Assembly: GCA_041488275.1 (NCBI GenBank) | Contig: JBGPOY010000004.1 | Span: forward strand, 795 to 64,794 | From: Candidatus Nanoarchaeia archaeon | Lineage (GTDB): Archaea > Nanobdellota > Nanobdellia > Woesearchaeales > ARS49 | Length of the DNA: 64,000 nt | Reading direction: 5' to 3' | In this document: positions 27,079 to 36,130 of the stretch, piece after piece | Numbering within the stretch: the stretch's first letter is position 1 | How the letters are laid out: each line of letters begins with the position of its first letter | The notes under the pieces: model-generated | The model's database searches: none | Seen by the model: the letters and a program-made list of their open reading frames with translations, nothing else | What the model was told of the DNA's origin: nothing | Made by a program: the position numbers and the translations under genes

Positions 27079-28047
27079 ATGGGACGCGTGCTTGCGGGCG
27101 ACATCGGAGGCACCAAAACAATTCTGGGCATCTTCGACGACCACGCCGGACCGATTGCCAAGCGCACGTACGCGAGCAGAAGCTTCCACTCCTTCAAACA
27201 AATTCTTGACGATTTCCTGCAGACGCACCGCGGAGCGTTCCGCGCCGCCTGTTTCGGCGTTGCCGGTCCCGTTGTCGGTTCGCGCGCGTGGCTCACCAAT
27301 CTGTCGTGGACCGTGGATGCGGACGCGCTGAAAAAAGAACTGCGCTGCCCCGTCGCAATCCTAAATGATGCGGAAGCCGCGGCGTTCGGTATCCCGCACC
27401 TGCTTCCGACGGACACGGTCATTGTTTCGAAGGCAAAAAAGAAGGGCAACGAAACCAAGGTCGTGGTCGCTCCCGGCACCGGTCTCGGAGAGTCTATCCT
27501 GCACTGGACGGGTTCGCATTACGATGTCATCGCCGGCGAAGGAGGGCATACGGATTTTGCGCCGCGCACGCAGGTGCAGTGGGAAATGAAGCGTTTTCTC
27601 CAGCAAACGCAGCCTGATGCAGGCACCGAAGAGCTCCTGTCCGGCCACGGCTTGCTCAACATTTACGATTTTCTCAATCACCTGAAGTTTGCGCAGCAAA
27701 ACCCGGAAACCAAAGAGAGCATCATGCGCAGCGGACCTCGGGCTATCACGGCAGCCGCGCTGCAGCTCAAGGACCCGTTAAGCGTCGGCGCGGTCGACCA
27801 GTTCGTCATGATTCTCGCCGCAGAAGCCCAGCGGCTCGCGCTCACGGCGAAAGCGTTGGGCGGCGTCTATCTCGCCGGCGGAATCGTGCCGCACTTGCTG
27901 CGATTTATCCAGCACGAGCAGTTCATGCGCACGTTCCTCGAAAGCAGAATGAAGAAATTGCTGGAACAGATGCCCGTGCACGTCGTGATGAACGAAGACT
28001 TGGTGTTGCTCGGAGCGACGAGCTTTGCGCGGACGAGAACGCACTAA
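27079..28047 (+). CDS. glk: Glucokinase (bacterial Glk family)
   Basis: LAGDIGGTKTILGIF N-terminus, ATP-binding DAEAAAFG, Glk-type C-terminal half. Confidence 0.8.
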   Translation: MGRVLAGDIGGTKTILGIFDDHAGPIAKRTYASRSFHSFKQILDDFLQTHRGAFRAACFGVAGPVVGSRAWLTNLSWTVDADALKKELRCPVAILNDAEAAAFGIPHLLPTDTVIVSKAKKKGNETKVVVAPGTGLGESILHWTGSHYDVIAGEGGHTDFAPRTQVQWEMKRFLQQTQPDAGTEELLSGHGLLNIYDFLNHLKFAQQNPETKESIMRSGPRAITAAALQLKDPLSVGAVDQFVMILAAEAQRLALTAKALGGVYLAGGIVPHLLRFIQHEQFMRTFLESRMKKLLEQMPVHVVMNEDLVLLGATSFARTRTH

Positions 28048-28649
28048 ATCTCAATAATTCTGGGCGTGCGCGCGACGTTGATGACAGTCGTGCGCCCGAT
28101 TTTCTGTTCGATTCCTCCGGCCTCGTGGATGTGCCCGCACACCGCGAAGTCGGGCTGAAATTTCTCGATGCTCTTTCGGACCGCCCAGCTGCCGGGAAAC
28201 ATCCCGCCCATTTCCATCAAGGTGCCGCTCGGGTGCTCGTGCACGACCATCAGCTTGCGTGACAAGGTCTTGATGCGTTCGTGCGCGTGTTGGAGCTGCT
28301 CGTAGATGTCGTGCTGGCTGGTGTGATTCGGTCCGATGGACGCGCCGCCCATGCCGAAAATGCCCACGCCGTTAATCTCGACGCCCGTCCCGTTGAGGTT
28401 CGTGGCGTCGTACAGGTTCGCGAGAAAGTCAGCGGTTGCGGGCGTTTCGTGGTTGCCGTGAACGAGCAGGACGTGCTTGCCTTTTGCCTTGAAGGGCCCG
28501 ACAATGCCGTCGGTGTTCTCGTCGCCGTACGTCAGGTCTCCGGCGAGCACGACCAAGTCAACGTTTTCTTTTTCTGCTTGGTCTGCCAGCGTGAGGATGA
28601 ATGCGTGGTCGGAATGCACGTCGCCGACGGCAAGGATACGGAGTTTGTC
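28044..28649 (-). CDS. Calcineurin-like metallophosphoesterase (YfcE/MJ0936-like)
   Basis: LAVGDVHSD, VLAGDLT, GNHE, CGHIHE metal-ligand motifs. Confidence 0.75.
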   Translation of the reverse strand, partial: DKLRILAVGDVHSDHAFILTLADQAEKENVDLVVLAGDLTYGDENTDGIVGPFKAKGKHVLLVHGNHETPATADFLANLYDATNLNGTGVEINGVGIFGMGGASIGPNHTSQHDIYEQLQHAHERIKTLSRKLMVVHEHPSGTLMEMGGMFPGSWAVRKSIEKFQPDFAVCGHIHEAGGIEQKIGRTTVINVARTPRIIEI

Positions 28650-28690
28650 CATGCGGTTTTTCACGGAAAATCGGTTTATAAATGTTCGGC

Positions 28691-29254
28691 TTACTTCACG
28701 AGAGAAAGAACGGCGTTGAGCGCGCTCGGGAGCTCGTTGATGCCTTCGCTGCCGCTGAAGTGTTCCTTGTTCTTTTCCATGATGACCTTCGCTCCGAAGC
28801 GCTTCTCAAACAATGCAACGTTGCTGAGCGGAACGACGGGGTCGTTGGCGGAGAAGATGGTGATGATGTGGTTCGCGGCGTGCTTGATTTTGTCGTAGTC
28901 CATCGGCGTGTCAACCCAGGGCTTGCCGATGGGCTTCTCTTCAGCGGTTAAACCCTTGAGGGTGAACCATGGCGCGACCAGGACGATACCGCCGATGGGC
29001 GCGCCAATGGTTTGAAGGTAGCGAATAATCGTTTGGCAGCCGATGCTGTGCCCGACCAAAAACGTGTCTTTGTCGGGCTTTTTGACGACGGCTGAGAGCT
29101 TCTTGACCCACGCCTCGATGACCGGAGTGTCCGTGTCGGGCATCGCGGGGTTCTCGACCTTGAAACCGCGCTTCGTGAGTTCCTGATTCAGCCACGGCAG
29201 CCAGCCTTCCTGCGGGTTACCTCCCCAGCCGTGGATGATGAAGCAGCGCTTCAT
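28691..29254 (-). CDS. RBBP9/YdeN-family serine hydrolase (alpha/beta fold)
   Basis: FIIHGWGG...LVGHSIGC nucleophile elbow, ~187 aa. Confidence 0.7.
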   Translation of the reverse strand: MKRCFIIHGWGGNPQEGWLPWLNQELTKRGFKVENPAMPDTDTPVIEAWVKKLSAVVKKPDKDTFLVGHSIGCQTIIRYLQTIGAPIGGIVLVAPWFTLKGLTAEEKPIGKPWVDTPMDYDKIKHAANHIITIFSANDPVVPLSNVALFEKRFGAKVIMEKNKEHFSGSEGINELPSALNAVLSLVK

Positions 29255-32200
29255 ACCTTCAAACTCACCACGTTCGAAACGCCGTGGTCGCCGAGCGAGA
29301 CGCCGTAAAGCGTGGACGCTTCGCCGATGACGTTGTCGTTGTGCGAGATGACGATGTATTGCGCGCGCTCACAGTACTTGCGGATGAGCTTGGCGAGCTT
29401 TTCCGAGTTGTGCTTGTCCAGCGCGGCGTCGACTTCGTCGAGGATGTAGAAGCTTGCGGGAGCGTGTTCCTGGATGGCGAAGATGAACGCGAGCGCCGTC
29501 ATCGTTTTTTCGCCTCCTGAAAGCGAGCGTATGTCGAGGAACTTGTTGCCGACGAGCTTGACCTTCACGTTCAGGCCGCCTTCGAACGGGTTTTCAGGCG
29601 TTTCGAGCTCGAGATCTGCCTCGCCTTTCGTGCTGAGCGCGTTGAAAATGCCTTGGAAGTTTTGTTTTACGACCGCGAGCGTCTGCAGGAAGAGTTCTTT
29701 CTTCTTGCCCTCGATTTCGTTCATGAGCCCGACGACGTCTTCCTTTTCCTTGACCAGGATGTCCTTCTTTTGCTGGAGGTTCTGGAATTCCCTTTCGACG
29801 GTGTCGTAGATTTCGAGCGCGCGCATGTTGACCGAACCGATGTTTTCGCGCATCTTTTCGGCGTCCTTGATTTCCTTGGCAAGCACGTCGTCCGGCTTCG
29901 CCAGGTCGAGCTCGACGCCGGCGTACTGCTCGAATTCCACGACGATGTTCGAACGTTCCGCTTTCAGGCGGGCTTCCTCGATGCTGTGCGTGTTCATCTG
30001 GAGCTCTTCCTTGCGGCTGTTTTCTTCAATCGTGAACGCCTTGTTTTCGAGAACCGTGATTTCGTCGGAAATCTTGTTGCGCTTCGTGAACAGGTCTTTG
30101 AACTTGCTCTGGAATTCGGCCTGCGCCTTTTCCTTCTGCTTGAGCGACTTTTCCTGTTCTTTGATGGCGCCGTCAAGCGTCTTGCTTTCTCCCTTGTGCG
30201 CGTCGGTCTCCTGCGCGATGTCTTGGAGGAGTTTGCGCGTGTTGTCCTGGTCGCGGACAAGAATTTCTGACAGTTGAGCGTCAACGTTCTTCAGGTCCGC
30301 GCCGAGCATGACGATTTGGTCCGAGAGCTTCTTGCGGTGCTCCTCGTACGCGTTCAGTTCAGCAATGATGGTCGGCTTGCGCAACTCTGCAATCTTGTCG
30401 TGCAATTGCTGCTTGCGAATCTTGAGTTGCGCGAGCTCCTGCGTCGCGTCGGAAATCGTGTCGGTGATGCTGTCGAGCTTTTTCGAGGCTTCGTTGAGCT
30501 GTTTCTTGAGCTCTTCCTTGTAGCTCTTGCTCGCCTCAAGGTCAGACGTGTCGAGGTGCAGGGATTTCTCGGTCTTGATGATGTCGCCTTCCGTGTTGGC
30601 CTTGAACTCGCGGAGCTTGTAAATTTTGTCCTCGTTCTCGGTCTTGTCGAGCTGGAGCTTGCTGACGTTCGACTGCAGTTTTCCGACTTCGTTCTGGATG
30701 CTTTCGATGGTGCCCGCGAGTTCCTGTTCCTTGAACGCGCCCTGCTTCTTGGCGTGGTAGCCGCCGATCATCGCTCCGGACACGTCGCACACGTCGCCGT
30801 CGAGCGTGACCATCTTGATGGTGCCGACGCCGATTCTGCGCGCGACCTCGATGCTTTGCACGATGAGCGTGTTGCCAAAGACGTACGCGAACACGTCCTT
30901 GAATTTCGGCTCGAACTTGATGAGGTCGATGGCGAACCCGATGACGCCTTTTTCTTCGGTCAACTTTTTGTTTTCCGACTTGACGGGCGTGCCTCTGATC
31001 TTGTTGAGCGGGAGGAACGTTGCCGTGCCGAACCGGTTTTCCTTGAGGTACTTGATACACCGAGCCGCGACTTTGTCGTCGTCGACCACGACGCTGTTGA
31101 TTCTGTTGGCTGCCGCGACTTCGAGCGCGAAGCTGTAGTCCTTGCTCGTGTTGCCGAGTTCGGAGACGGTGCCGTAAATGTCGCCCAATTGCTGGCGGTT
31201 TTCGAGGACTTTCTTGACTGCGACGTTGCCGGCGACGGCTTCCTGCACGCCCGCGTTGCGGACTTCCAAGCGAGCAAGTTCTTCGGAGAGTTTGAGCAGG
31301 CGCTGCTTGCCGCTCGCGAGTTCGGCGGCCATGCGGCTGTCCGTGTTGAGCAATTGGTTGAGTTCGAGGACGGCTTTCTTGAATTCGTCCTTCTTCTGTT
31401 TCAGCGCCTTGATTTCCTGCGTATGTTCCTTCTCGAGCTCGTGGACTTTCTCGATTTGCTGGTCAATCGTTTGCAGCTGGAATTCGACTTTGTCTTTCTC
31501 GCGGAGGAGGTTTTGCTGTCCTTCGCGCAGCTGTGAAAGTGATTTCTGACGCTCATCGGCCTTCATGTCGAGCGAGCGCATTTCCTCGTCAATCGCGCCG
31601 GATTCCTCGCCGAGCTGGTGCTTTTTCTTGAAGTCCGCGAGCTTTTTCTCGTGGGCGGCGAGCTCCTTCTGGAGCGAGGACTTTCTGCCTTCCAAATCGT
31701 CTTTTTGCTCGCGGGTGAGCTTGACTTTTTGGTCGAGTTCTTCCAAGGACTTCCCGAGCGCTTCCTTGCGCTGGGCCATCCTGCCGAGTTCGGTGTGAAG
31801 CGCTCCGAGTCGGGTTTTTTGCGTGGCGACGTCGATGCGGATGTGCTCGACTTCCTTCTGCATCGTAATCTGTTCTTGTTCTCCTTTCTGCTGGACTTCC
31901 TGGTCAATCTGCTGCATTTCGGTCCTGCGAGACTGGATGCCTTCTCTCGTTGCCTTGATGTGTCCTTGGAGTTTGTCAAACTTGACGCGGTAGCCGCCGA
32001 CCTTTTCCTCGATGTCTTTCACGTCAGCTTCTTTCTTGTCGAGCTGGCGCTTGAGCATCGTCGCCTTGTTCTGGCGCAAACGGTCGTTCAGTTCCTTGAA
32101 CTTCATCGCGTGGTCGCGGTCTTTCTTGAGGTCTTTCAGGTAGGACTCGCGTTCTTTGAGAATGATGCCGACCTGTCCGAGGTTTTCCTCAACTTTGGAA

Positions 32201-32847
32201 AGGTCGTTGAGCGCGTGGTTTTTCTTTTCCTCGTACATGCCGATGCCTGCGATTTCTTCCACGATTTGTCGGCGTTCGACGGTCGGCATTTCGCAGAAGT
32301 GGATGATGTCGCCTTGGAGAATGATGTTGTAGCCGTTGGGGTCGATTTTCGCGTAGTTCATCAGGTCAAGAATTTCTTGTCGTGTGCGAGTTTTGCCGTT
32401 GATTTTGTACTTGCTTTGCCCGTCTGACTGGACGATGCGCGAGAGCTTGACTTCCGGTTCGGGAGTGGGGAAGGTGTTCTTGCTGTTGTCGAACACGATG
32501 CTGACTTCGGCGTGCTTGGCCGGGTTTTTGGTCTTGCCGCCGTTGTAGATGAGGTTGCTGGTCTTTTCGGCGCGCATGGATTTCGCGGACGTCTTGCCGA
32601 GAACGAAGCAGAGTGCGTCCAAAACGTTCGATTTGCCCGAGCCGTTCGGTCCGATGATGACGTTGAAGTCGTTGTCGAACAGGAGCTCGGTGCGCTTGCC
32701 GAAGCTCTTGAAGCCTTCCAGAATCAGCTTGTTGATTTTCGTGACGCCAATGCTGCCTGCGTTGGTTATGGGCGCGTCAAGTACTTGAGACACAGGTTCA
32801 GCAGGGCTGCTTGCGGCATCCCCTTTCACCTCAGCGTTGTCAGACAT
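29251..32847 (-). CDS. smc: Chromosome segregation protein SMC
   Basis: N-terminal Walker A NVIIGPNGSGKSN, long coiled coils, hinge, C-terminal LSGGEKTMTALAFIFAIQ...ILDEVDAALD. Confidence 0.9.
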   Translation of the reverse strand: MSDNAEVKGDAASSPAEPVSQVLDAPITNAGSIGVTKINKLILEGFKSFGKRTELLFDNDFNVIIGPNGSGKSNVLDALCFVLGKTSAKSMRAEKTSNLIYNGGKTKNPAKHAEVSIVFDNSKNTFPTPEPEVKLSRIVQSDGQSKYKINGKTRTRQEILDLMNYAKIDPNGYNIILQGDIIHFCEMPTVERRQIVEEIAGIGMYEEKKNHALNDLSKVEENLGQVGIILKERESYLKDLKKDRDHAMKFKELNDRLRQNKATMLKRQLDKKEADVKDIEEKVGGYRVKFDKLQGHIKATREGIQSRRTEMQQIDQEVQQKGEQEQITMQKEVEHIRIDVATQKTRLGALHTELGRMAQRKEALGKSLEELDQKVKLTREQKDDLEGRKSSLQKELAAHEKKLADFKKKHQLGEESGAIDEEMRSLDMKADERQKSLSQLREGQQNLLREKDKVEFQLQTIDQQIEKVHELEKEHTQEIKALKQKKDEFKKAVLELNQLLNTDSRMAAELASGKQRLLKLSEELARLEVRNAGVQEAVAGNVAVKKVLENRQQLGDIYGTVSELGNTSKDYSFALEVAAANRINSVVVDDDKVAARCIKYLKENRFGTATFLPLNKIRGTPVKSENKKLTEEKGVIGFAIDLIKFEPKFKDVFAYVFGNTLIVQSIEVARRIGVGTIKMVTLDGDVCDVSGAMIGGYHAKKQGAFKEQELAGTIESIQNEVGKLQSNVSKLQLDKTENEDKIYKLREFKANTEGDIIKTEKSLHLDTSDLEASKSYKEELKKQLNEASKKLDSITDTISDATQELAQLKIRKQQLHDKIAELRKPTIIAELNAYEEHRKKLSDQIVMLGADLKNVDAQLSEILVRDQDNTRKLLQDIAQETDAHKGESKTLDGAIKEQEKSLKQKEKAQAEFQSKFKDLFTKRNKISDEITVLENKAFTIEENSRKEELQMNTHSIEEARLKAERSNIVVEFEQYAGVELDLAKPDDVLAKEIKDAEKMRENIGSVNMRALEIYDTVEREFQNLQQKKDILVKEKEDVVGLMNEIEGKKKELFLQTLAVVKQNFQGIFNALSTKGEADLELETPENPFEGGLNVKVKLVGNKFLDIRSLSGGEKTMTALAFIFAIQEHAPASFYILDEVDAALDKHNSEKLAKLIRKYCERAQYIVISHNDNVIGEASTLYGVSLGDHGVSNVVSLKV

Positions 32848-32964
32848 TAGGCAGTGGTTTTCACGAGTGGTTGCTATATAAAGACTTCGGTGAACGGTTT
32901 ATTTATTTCCATATACAAATATATGAGGCAAAGGATTAAAAACTGCCTCGATTGATGAACGCGC

Positions 32965-33606
32965 ATGCCAACCGTGTGCGGCATTGACGAAGCCGGCAGA
33001 GGACCGATTATCGGCTCGCTCTTCATCTGCGGCGCCGTGATTGAGTCCGGACAGGAGGACGCGCTCAAGAAGATGGGCGTCAAGGACTCCAAATTGCTTT
33101 CTCCCAAACAGCGCGAGGCGTTGTATGACCACGTGTTGAAATTTGTCAAGTCGTACAAATTGATTCGCATTCCTCCCGACGAAATCGACGACTCCGTGGA
33201 AAGCACCGAGACCAATCTCAACTGGCTGGAAGCCAACAAAGCCGTTGAAATCATCAACACGCTGAAGCCCGATAGCACGATTCTGGACTGTCCGAGCCCG
33301 AACCTCAAAGCGTACTCGGGATACATCGAGAAGAAACTCGTGCACAAGACCGCCTTGATGTGCGCGCACCACGCCGACACCGACTACGTCGTCGTCGGAG
33401 CGGCGAGCATCATCGCGAAAGTGAACAGGGATAGAGAAGTCGCGGCGCTGGCAAAGAAAATCGGCGTCGACTTCGGTTCGGGGTATGCGGCCGATCCGAA
33501 AACCAAGGCGTTTGTCGAGAGCTACTGGGACAAGTTCCCCGAAATCATGCGCCACAGTTGGAAAACATTTAAGAACGCGTCGCAACAGACACTCGGAAAA
33601 TACTGA
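32965..33606 (+). CDS. rnhB: Ribonuclease HII
   Basis: VCGIDEAGRGPIIGSL, DSKLLS, HADTDYVVVGAASIIAK. Confidence 0.9.
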   Translation: MPTVCGIDEAGRGPIIGSLFICGAVIESGQEDALKKMGVKDSKLLSPKQREALYDHVLKFVKSYKLIRIPPDEIDDSVESTETNLNWLEANKAVEIINTLKPDSTILDCPSPNLKAYSGYIEKKLVHKTALMCAHHADTDYVVVGAASIIAKVNRDREVAALAKKIGVDFGSGYAADPKTKAFVESYWDKFPEIMRHSWKTFKNASQQTLGKY

Positions 33607-33608
33607 AG

Positions 33609-34001
33609 GTGAACACGATGGCAAAAAAAGACGTTCCTAAATTCGGCAATCACGAAATCATCCAGTTCGTCGGCGTCCACGACTTGGAGCCGTCCGAACA
33701 GGATTCTGTTCAACTGCTGACGACGGAATACTTTGAGAAAATCAAGCGCGAACTCCACAACCTGACGAACTTGGTCGTGCACGTGCAGACCGAAGGCGTC
33801 AAGAAAGGACGCGACAAGGAAGACAAGCGCAAGCGGTATTCGTTGCACGTCCGCAGCGTGTCGCCGGGATTCGTGTTCGAGTCATCCAAGAACGACGACT
33901 ACGAGCTACCGCGCGCGCTGCACAAGTCCTTCGAGGAAATCCTGTCGCAAATCCAGCACCGGCTCAGGACCGATGTGACGCACCCGAAGCCGTATCAATA
34001 A
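33609..34001 (+). CDS. Hypothetical protein (130 aa) whose predicted beta-alpha-beta-beta-beta-alpha order resembles HPF/YfiA-like ribosome-associated factors
   Basis: Starts 3 nt after rnhB. Secondary-structure guess only; no confident sequence-level assignment. Confidence 0.45.
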   Translation: MNTMAKKDVPKFGNHEIIQFVGVHDLEPSEQDSVQLLTTEYFEKIKRELHNLTNLVVHVQTEGVKKGRDKEDKRKRYSLHVRSVSPGFVFESSKNDDYELPRALHKSFEEILSQIQHRLRTDVTHPKPYQ

Positions 34002-34038
34002 AAAATTCTTTGAAAAAAGAATTATTCTTTTCTTTCTG

Positions 34039-34305
34039 TCATGTGACGTGCCCTATCGCGTCGATTGTTGTGGAGCTGACGCGCTCCGCGCGTGTGACGT
34101 TGAGGACGTTGTCGATGCAGATGGTCTGCATGGCGCCCTCGCGCGAGAACGGTTCGGGCTTTTCCGCAATGGTAACCCATGCCGCGTTCATGCGAGTCAT
34201 GAACCCGGTCAGGTAACCGACTTCCTGATGCGGGCGCCCGGCGGACCGGTACGTGACTTCAACGCGCTCCTGTGCTCCATAACTCCTCAGCTCTTTTTCA
34301 TTCAT
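34039..34305 (-). CDS. Hypothetical small protein (88 aa)
   Basis: ORF with protein-like composition; no motif recognised. Confidence 0.35.
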   Translation of the reverse strand: MNEKELRSYGAQERVEVTYRSAGRPHQEVGYLTGFMTRMNAAWVTIAEKPEPFSREGAMQTICIDNVLNVTRAERVSSTTIDAIGHVT

Positions 34306-34392
34306 ATTGATTCACCTCAGAAATCTCCTGAGATGAGCCTTTTAAAGTAGCTTGTGAAGGGCAGATATGGACGAGAAGACTGGATGAAAAGA

Positions 34393-34467
34393 TAGCGGGG
34401 GAAGGATTTGAACCTTCGACCTACGGGTTATGAGCCCGTCGAACACTCCAAGCTGTTCTACCCCGCT
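34393..34467 (-). tRNA. Initiator tRNA-Met (anticodon CAT)
   Basis: A1:U72 acceptor pair, three G:C pairs closing the anticodon stem (acggg/cccgt), loop ctCATaa, T arm gaagg-ttcaaat-ccttc. Confidence 0.8.
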
Positions 34468-34573
34468 GATGATGCCTAGGAAACCCTTCACGGGTTTTAT
34501 AAATGTTTGGGAGTGGCGGTGTTCAGGGAATCCCTGCAAAACCTTTAAAAGCAGTATGTATTTGCTTCAGCGC

Positions 34574-35872
34574 ATGCCTCGCTCGCGCAGCAGTTGGACA
34601 AAACGTCTGCTGTGCGCGTTCGTGCTTCTTGCTCTTCTCATGTTGAGTGCATGTCTAACGCCAGCTACGACCGGCGCTACGCTGTCTTTGAAAGTTCACC
34701 CTCCTGCAACGTGTGATGGTACGTTTTCATATGCGGTCGAATTGACTAATGCCAAGCATGAAGGGATGGGAGATCAATGGATTAAAGTTTCCATTAATGG
34801 CGAAGATTTTGAACGCCTCAAGACGGACCAAAATGGGCGCTTCTCGTCAACTGGAGATATGCATCCTGCGTGGTGCAATAAGGATGCCGTTCTCACTGCC
34901 ACATTTGAGGGTACAAAGCAGTTCGGTTCTGCAACAGTTCAGCAGATACTGCGTGTTGCGGCATGCAATGACGGAACGGCGATGGAAAGTTGCTCGCAGA
35001 ACAAAGGGTATTACTGTGACAACGCGACAGCATTGGTCTTTAATTGTGATAAGTGTGGATGTACTGACAGTCTCATTTGTTCCGATAATGCCTGCGTCAC
35101 TGCGGATGCGCGAGTTTCCCAACTGATTTCAGAATTACAAGGGCATATCGTGAAAGTTAAGAACAGCTATGTGGAAGGATCCGGCATTGTATTTTCGCAA
35201 GAGACAGTTGGTGCAACAGTTCATACGGCAATTCTCACTAATCATCACGTTGTCGAAGATGCGTGGAGCCTTGAGGATATCCAAGTTTTATCGAATTCTC
35301 CAGAAGGAAAAGTCCTGGCTGCGTATGTCGCTCCTCTGGGAATTGATTTGGCAATTGTCGAAGTTGAAGGAAAAATTGGCACGCCCATTGACCTCAAATA
35401 TGTCGATGTGCAGAAGGGGCAGGCAGTCGTCGCGCTCGGGTCGCCTCTGGGCTTCCAAGGAAGCGTTTCTAAAGGGATTATTTCCAATTTTGTCAAGGAT
35501 GACTCCAATAACAACTACACGCTTGATCACATTCAAACCGATGCTGCAATTAACCCCGGAAGCAGCGGCGGAGGACTTTTCCTTGAAAGCGATGGAAGTT
35601 TAGTCGGCATTAATACGTACAAGTACACTAATACCGAAGGCTTGGGATTTGCTATTGATTTCAGAGAACTTAACTTGCTTCCCGCATACAAAAACTGGAT
35701 TCCGTGGGCGCCTCCAAAACTATGTGATGATGGAACTCCCTACGGCCTTTGCTCGCTACTCATTCCATATGCTTGCGACGACGGAAAAGTCGTTCCGGCA
35801 TGCGAGTATTGCGGTTGTCCTCCTGCCGATGGCACTGTTTGCTATACAGATGGCAAGTGCCGTGTTCCCTGA
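34574..35872 (+). CDS. Secreted trypsin-like (S1/HtrA-type) serine protease, lipoprotein-like signal, with Cys-rich N- and C-terminal regions
   Basis: Catalytic triad context HHVVEDA / DLAIVEV / GSSGGGLF. Signal MPRSRSSWTKRLLCAFVLLALLMLSAC. Start set at ATG 34574, which is 23-26 bp from the TATA tttaaaag; the alternative start is ATG 34556. Confidence 0.8.
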   Translation: MPRSRSSWTKRLLCAFVLLALLMLSACLTPATTGATLSLKVHPPATCDGTFSYAVELTNAKHEGMGDQWIKVSINGEDFERLKTDQNGRFSSTGDMHPAWCNKDAVLTATFEGTKQFGSATVQQILRVAACNDGTAMESCSQNKGYYCDNATALVFNCDKCGCTDSLICSDNACVTADARVSQLISELQGHIVKVKNSYVEGSGIVFSQETVGATVHTAILTNHHVVEDAWSLEDIQVLSNSPEGKVLAAYVAPLGIDLAIVEVEGKIGTPIDLKYVDVQKGQAVVALGSPLGFQGSVSKGIISNFVKDDSNNNYTLDHIQTDAAINPGSSGGGLFLESDGSLVGINTYKYTNTEGLGFAIDFRELNLLPAYKNWIPWAPPKLCDDGTPYGLCSLLIPYACDDGKVVPACEYCGCPPADGTVCYTDGKCRVP

Positions 35873-35943
35873 GCCTTCTTTAACTGCAAGTCACTAGGAA
35901 AACCTTTAAAAGACACCCTCAGCAACGAACAGGCAGTACCATT

Positions 35944-36027
35944 GCCACCGTGGCGCAACCTGGTACCGCGGTGGATTGCTAATCCACTTTCCGCAAGGAT
36001 TTCCCGGTTCAAATCCGGGCGGTGGCG
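35944..36027 (+). tRNA. tRNA-Ser (anticodon GCT) with long variable arm
   Basis: Acceptor gccaccg/cggtggc, anticodon stem gtgga/tccac with loop ttGCTaa, variable arm tcc-gcaa-gga, T arm cccgg-ttcaaat-ccggg. TATA about 31 bp upstream. Confidence 0.85.
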
Positions 36028-36059
36028 TCCATTCAGAAGCGCATTGCCCCGCACGGGCT

Positions 36060-36107
36060 CACCGAGCGGTCTCGGTGTTTGTCCGGGCGGTGGCGTCAGT
36101 TTTATTA
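36060..36107 (+). promoter_or_regulatory. serS upstream region: palindrome CACCGAGcggtCTCGGTG (36060-36077), a copy of the tRNA-Ser 3' segment tccgggcggtggcgtc (36082-36097), and TATA ttttatta (36100-36107)
   Basis: Read directly from the sequence. The TATA-like box is 24 bp upstream of serS ATG 36131. Confidence 0.5.
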
Positions 36108-36130
36108 GGAGTCAAAACAAAGAGGCGACA

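Noticed and set aside
30542-31060. Numerous Arg/His-rich ORFs antisense to smc, the ABC transporter genes, gatE, cdc48 and alaS (for example 30542-31060, 8714-9529, 15111-15395, 19166-20413, 47131-48201)
   Set aside because: They lie inside well-supported long genes on the other strand and have low-complexity compositions. They are GC-rich frame artefacts.
36014-36097. Integrated mobile element at tRNA-Ser, suggested by the duplicated tRNA 3' end
   Set aside because: The two copies are only 68 bp apart and no integrase is nearby. This is reported as a finding (scar or cis element) rather than as a mobile element.
35942-36130. serS ORF extended through tRNA-Ser
   Set aside because: The extension is the tRNA gene plus promoter. 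ATG 36131 has a TATA at -24 and gives a canonical SerRS N-terminus.
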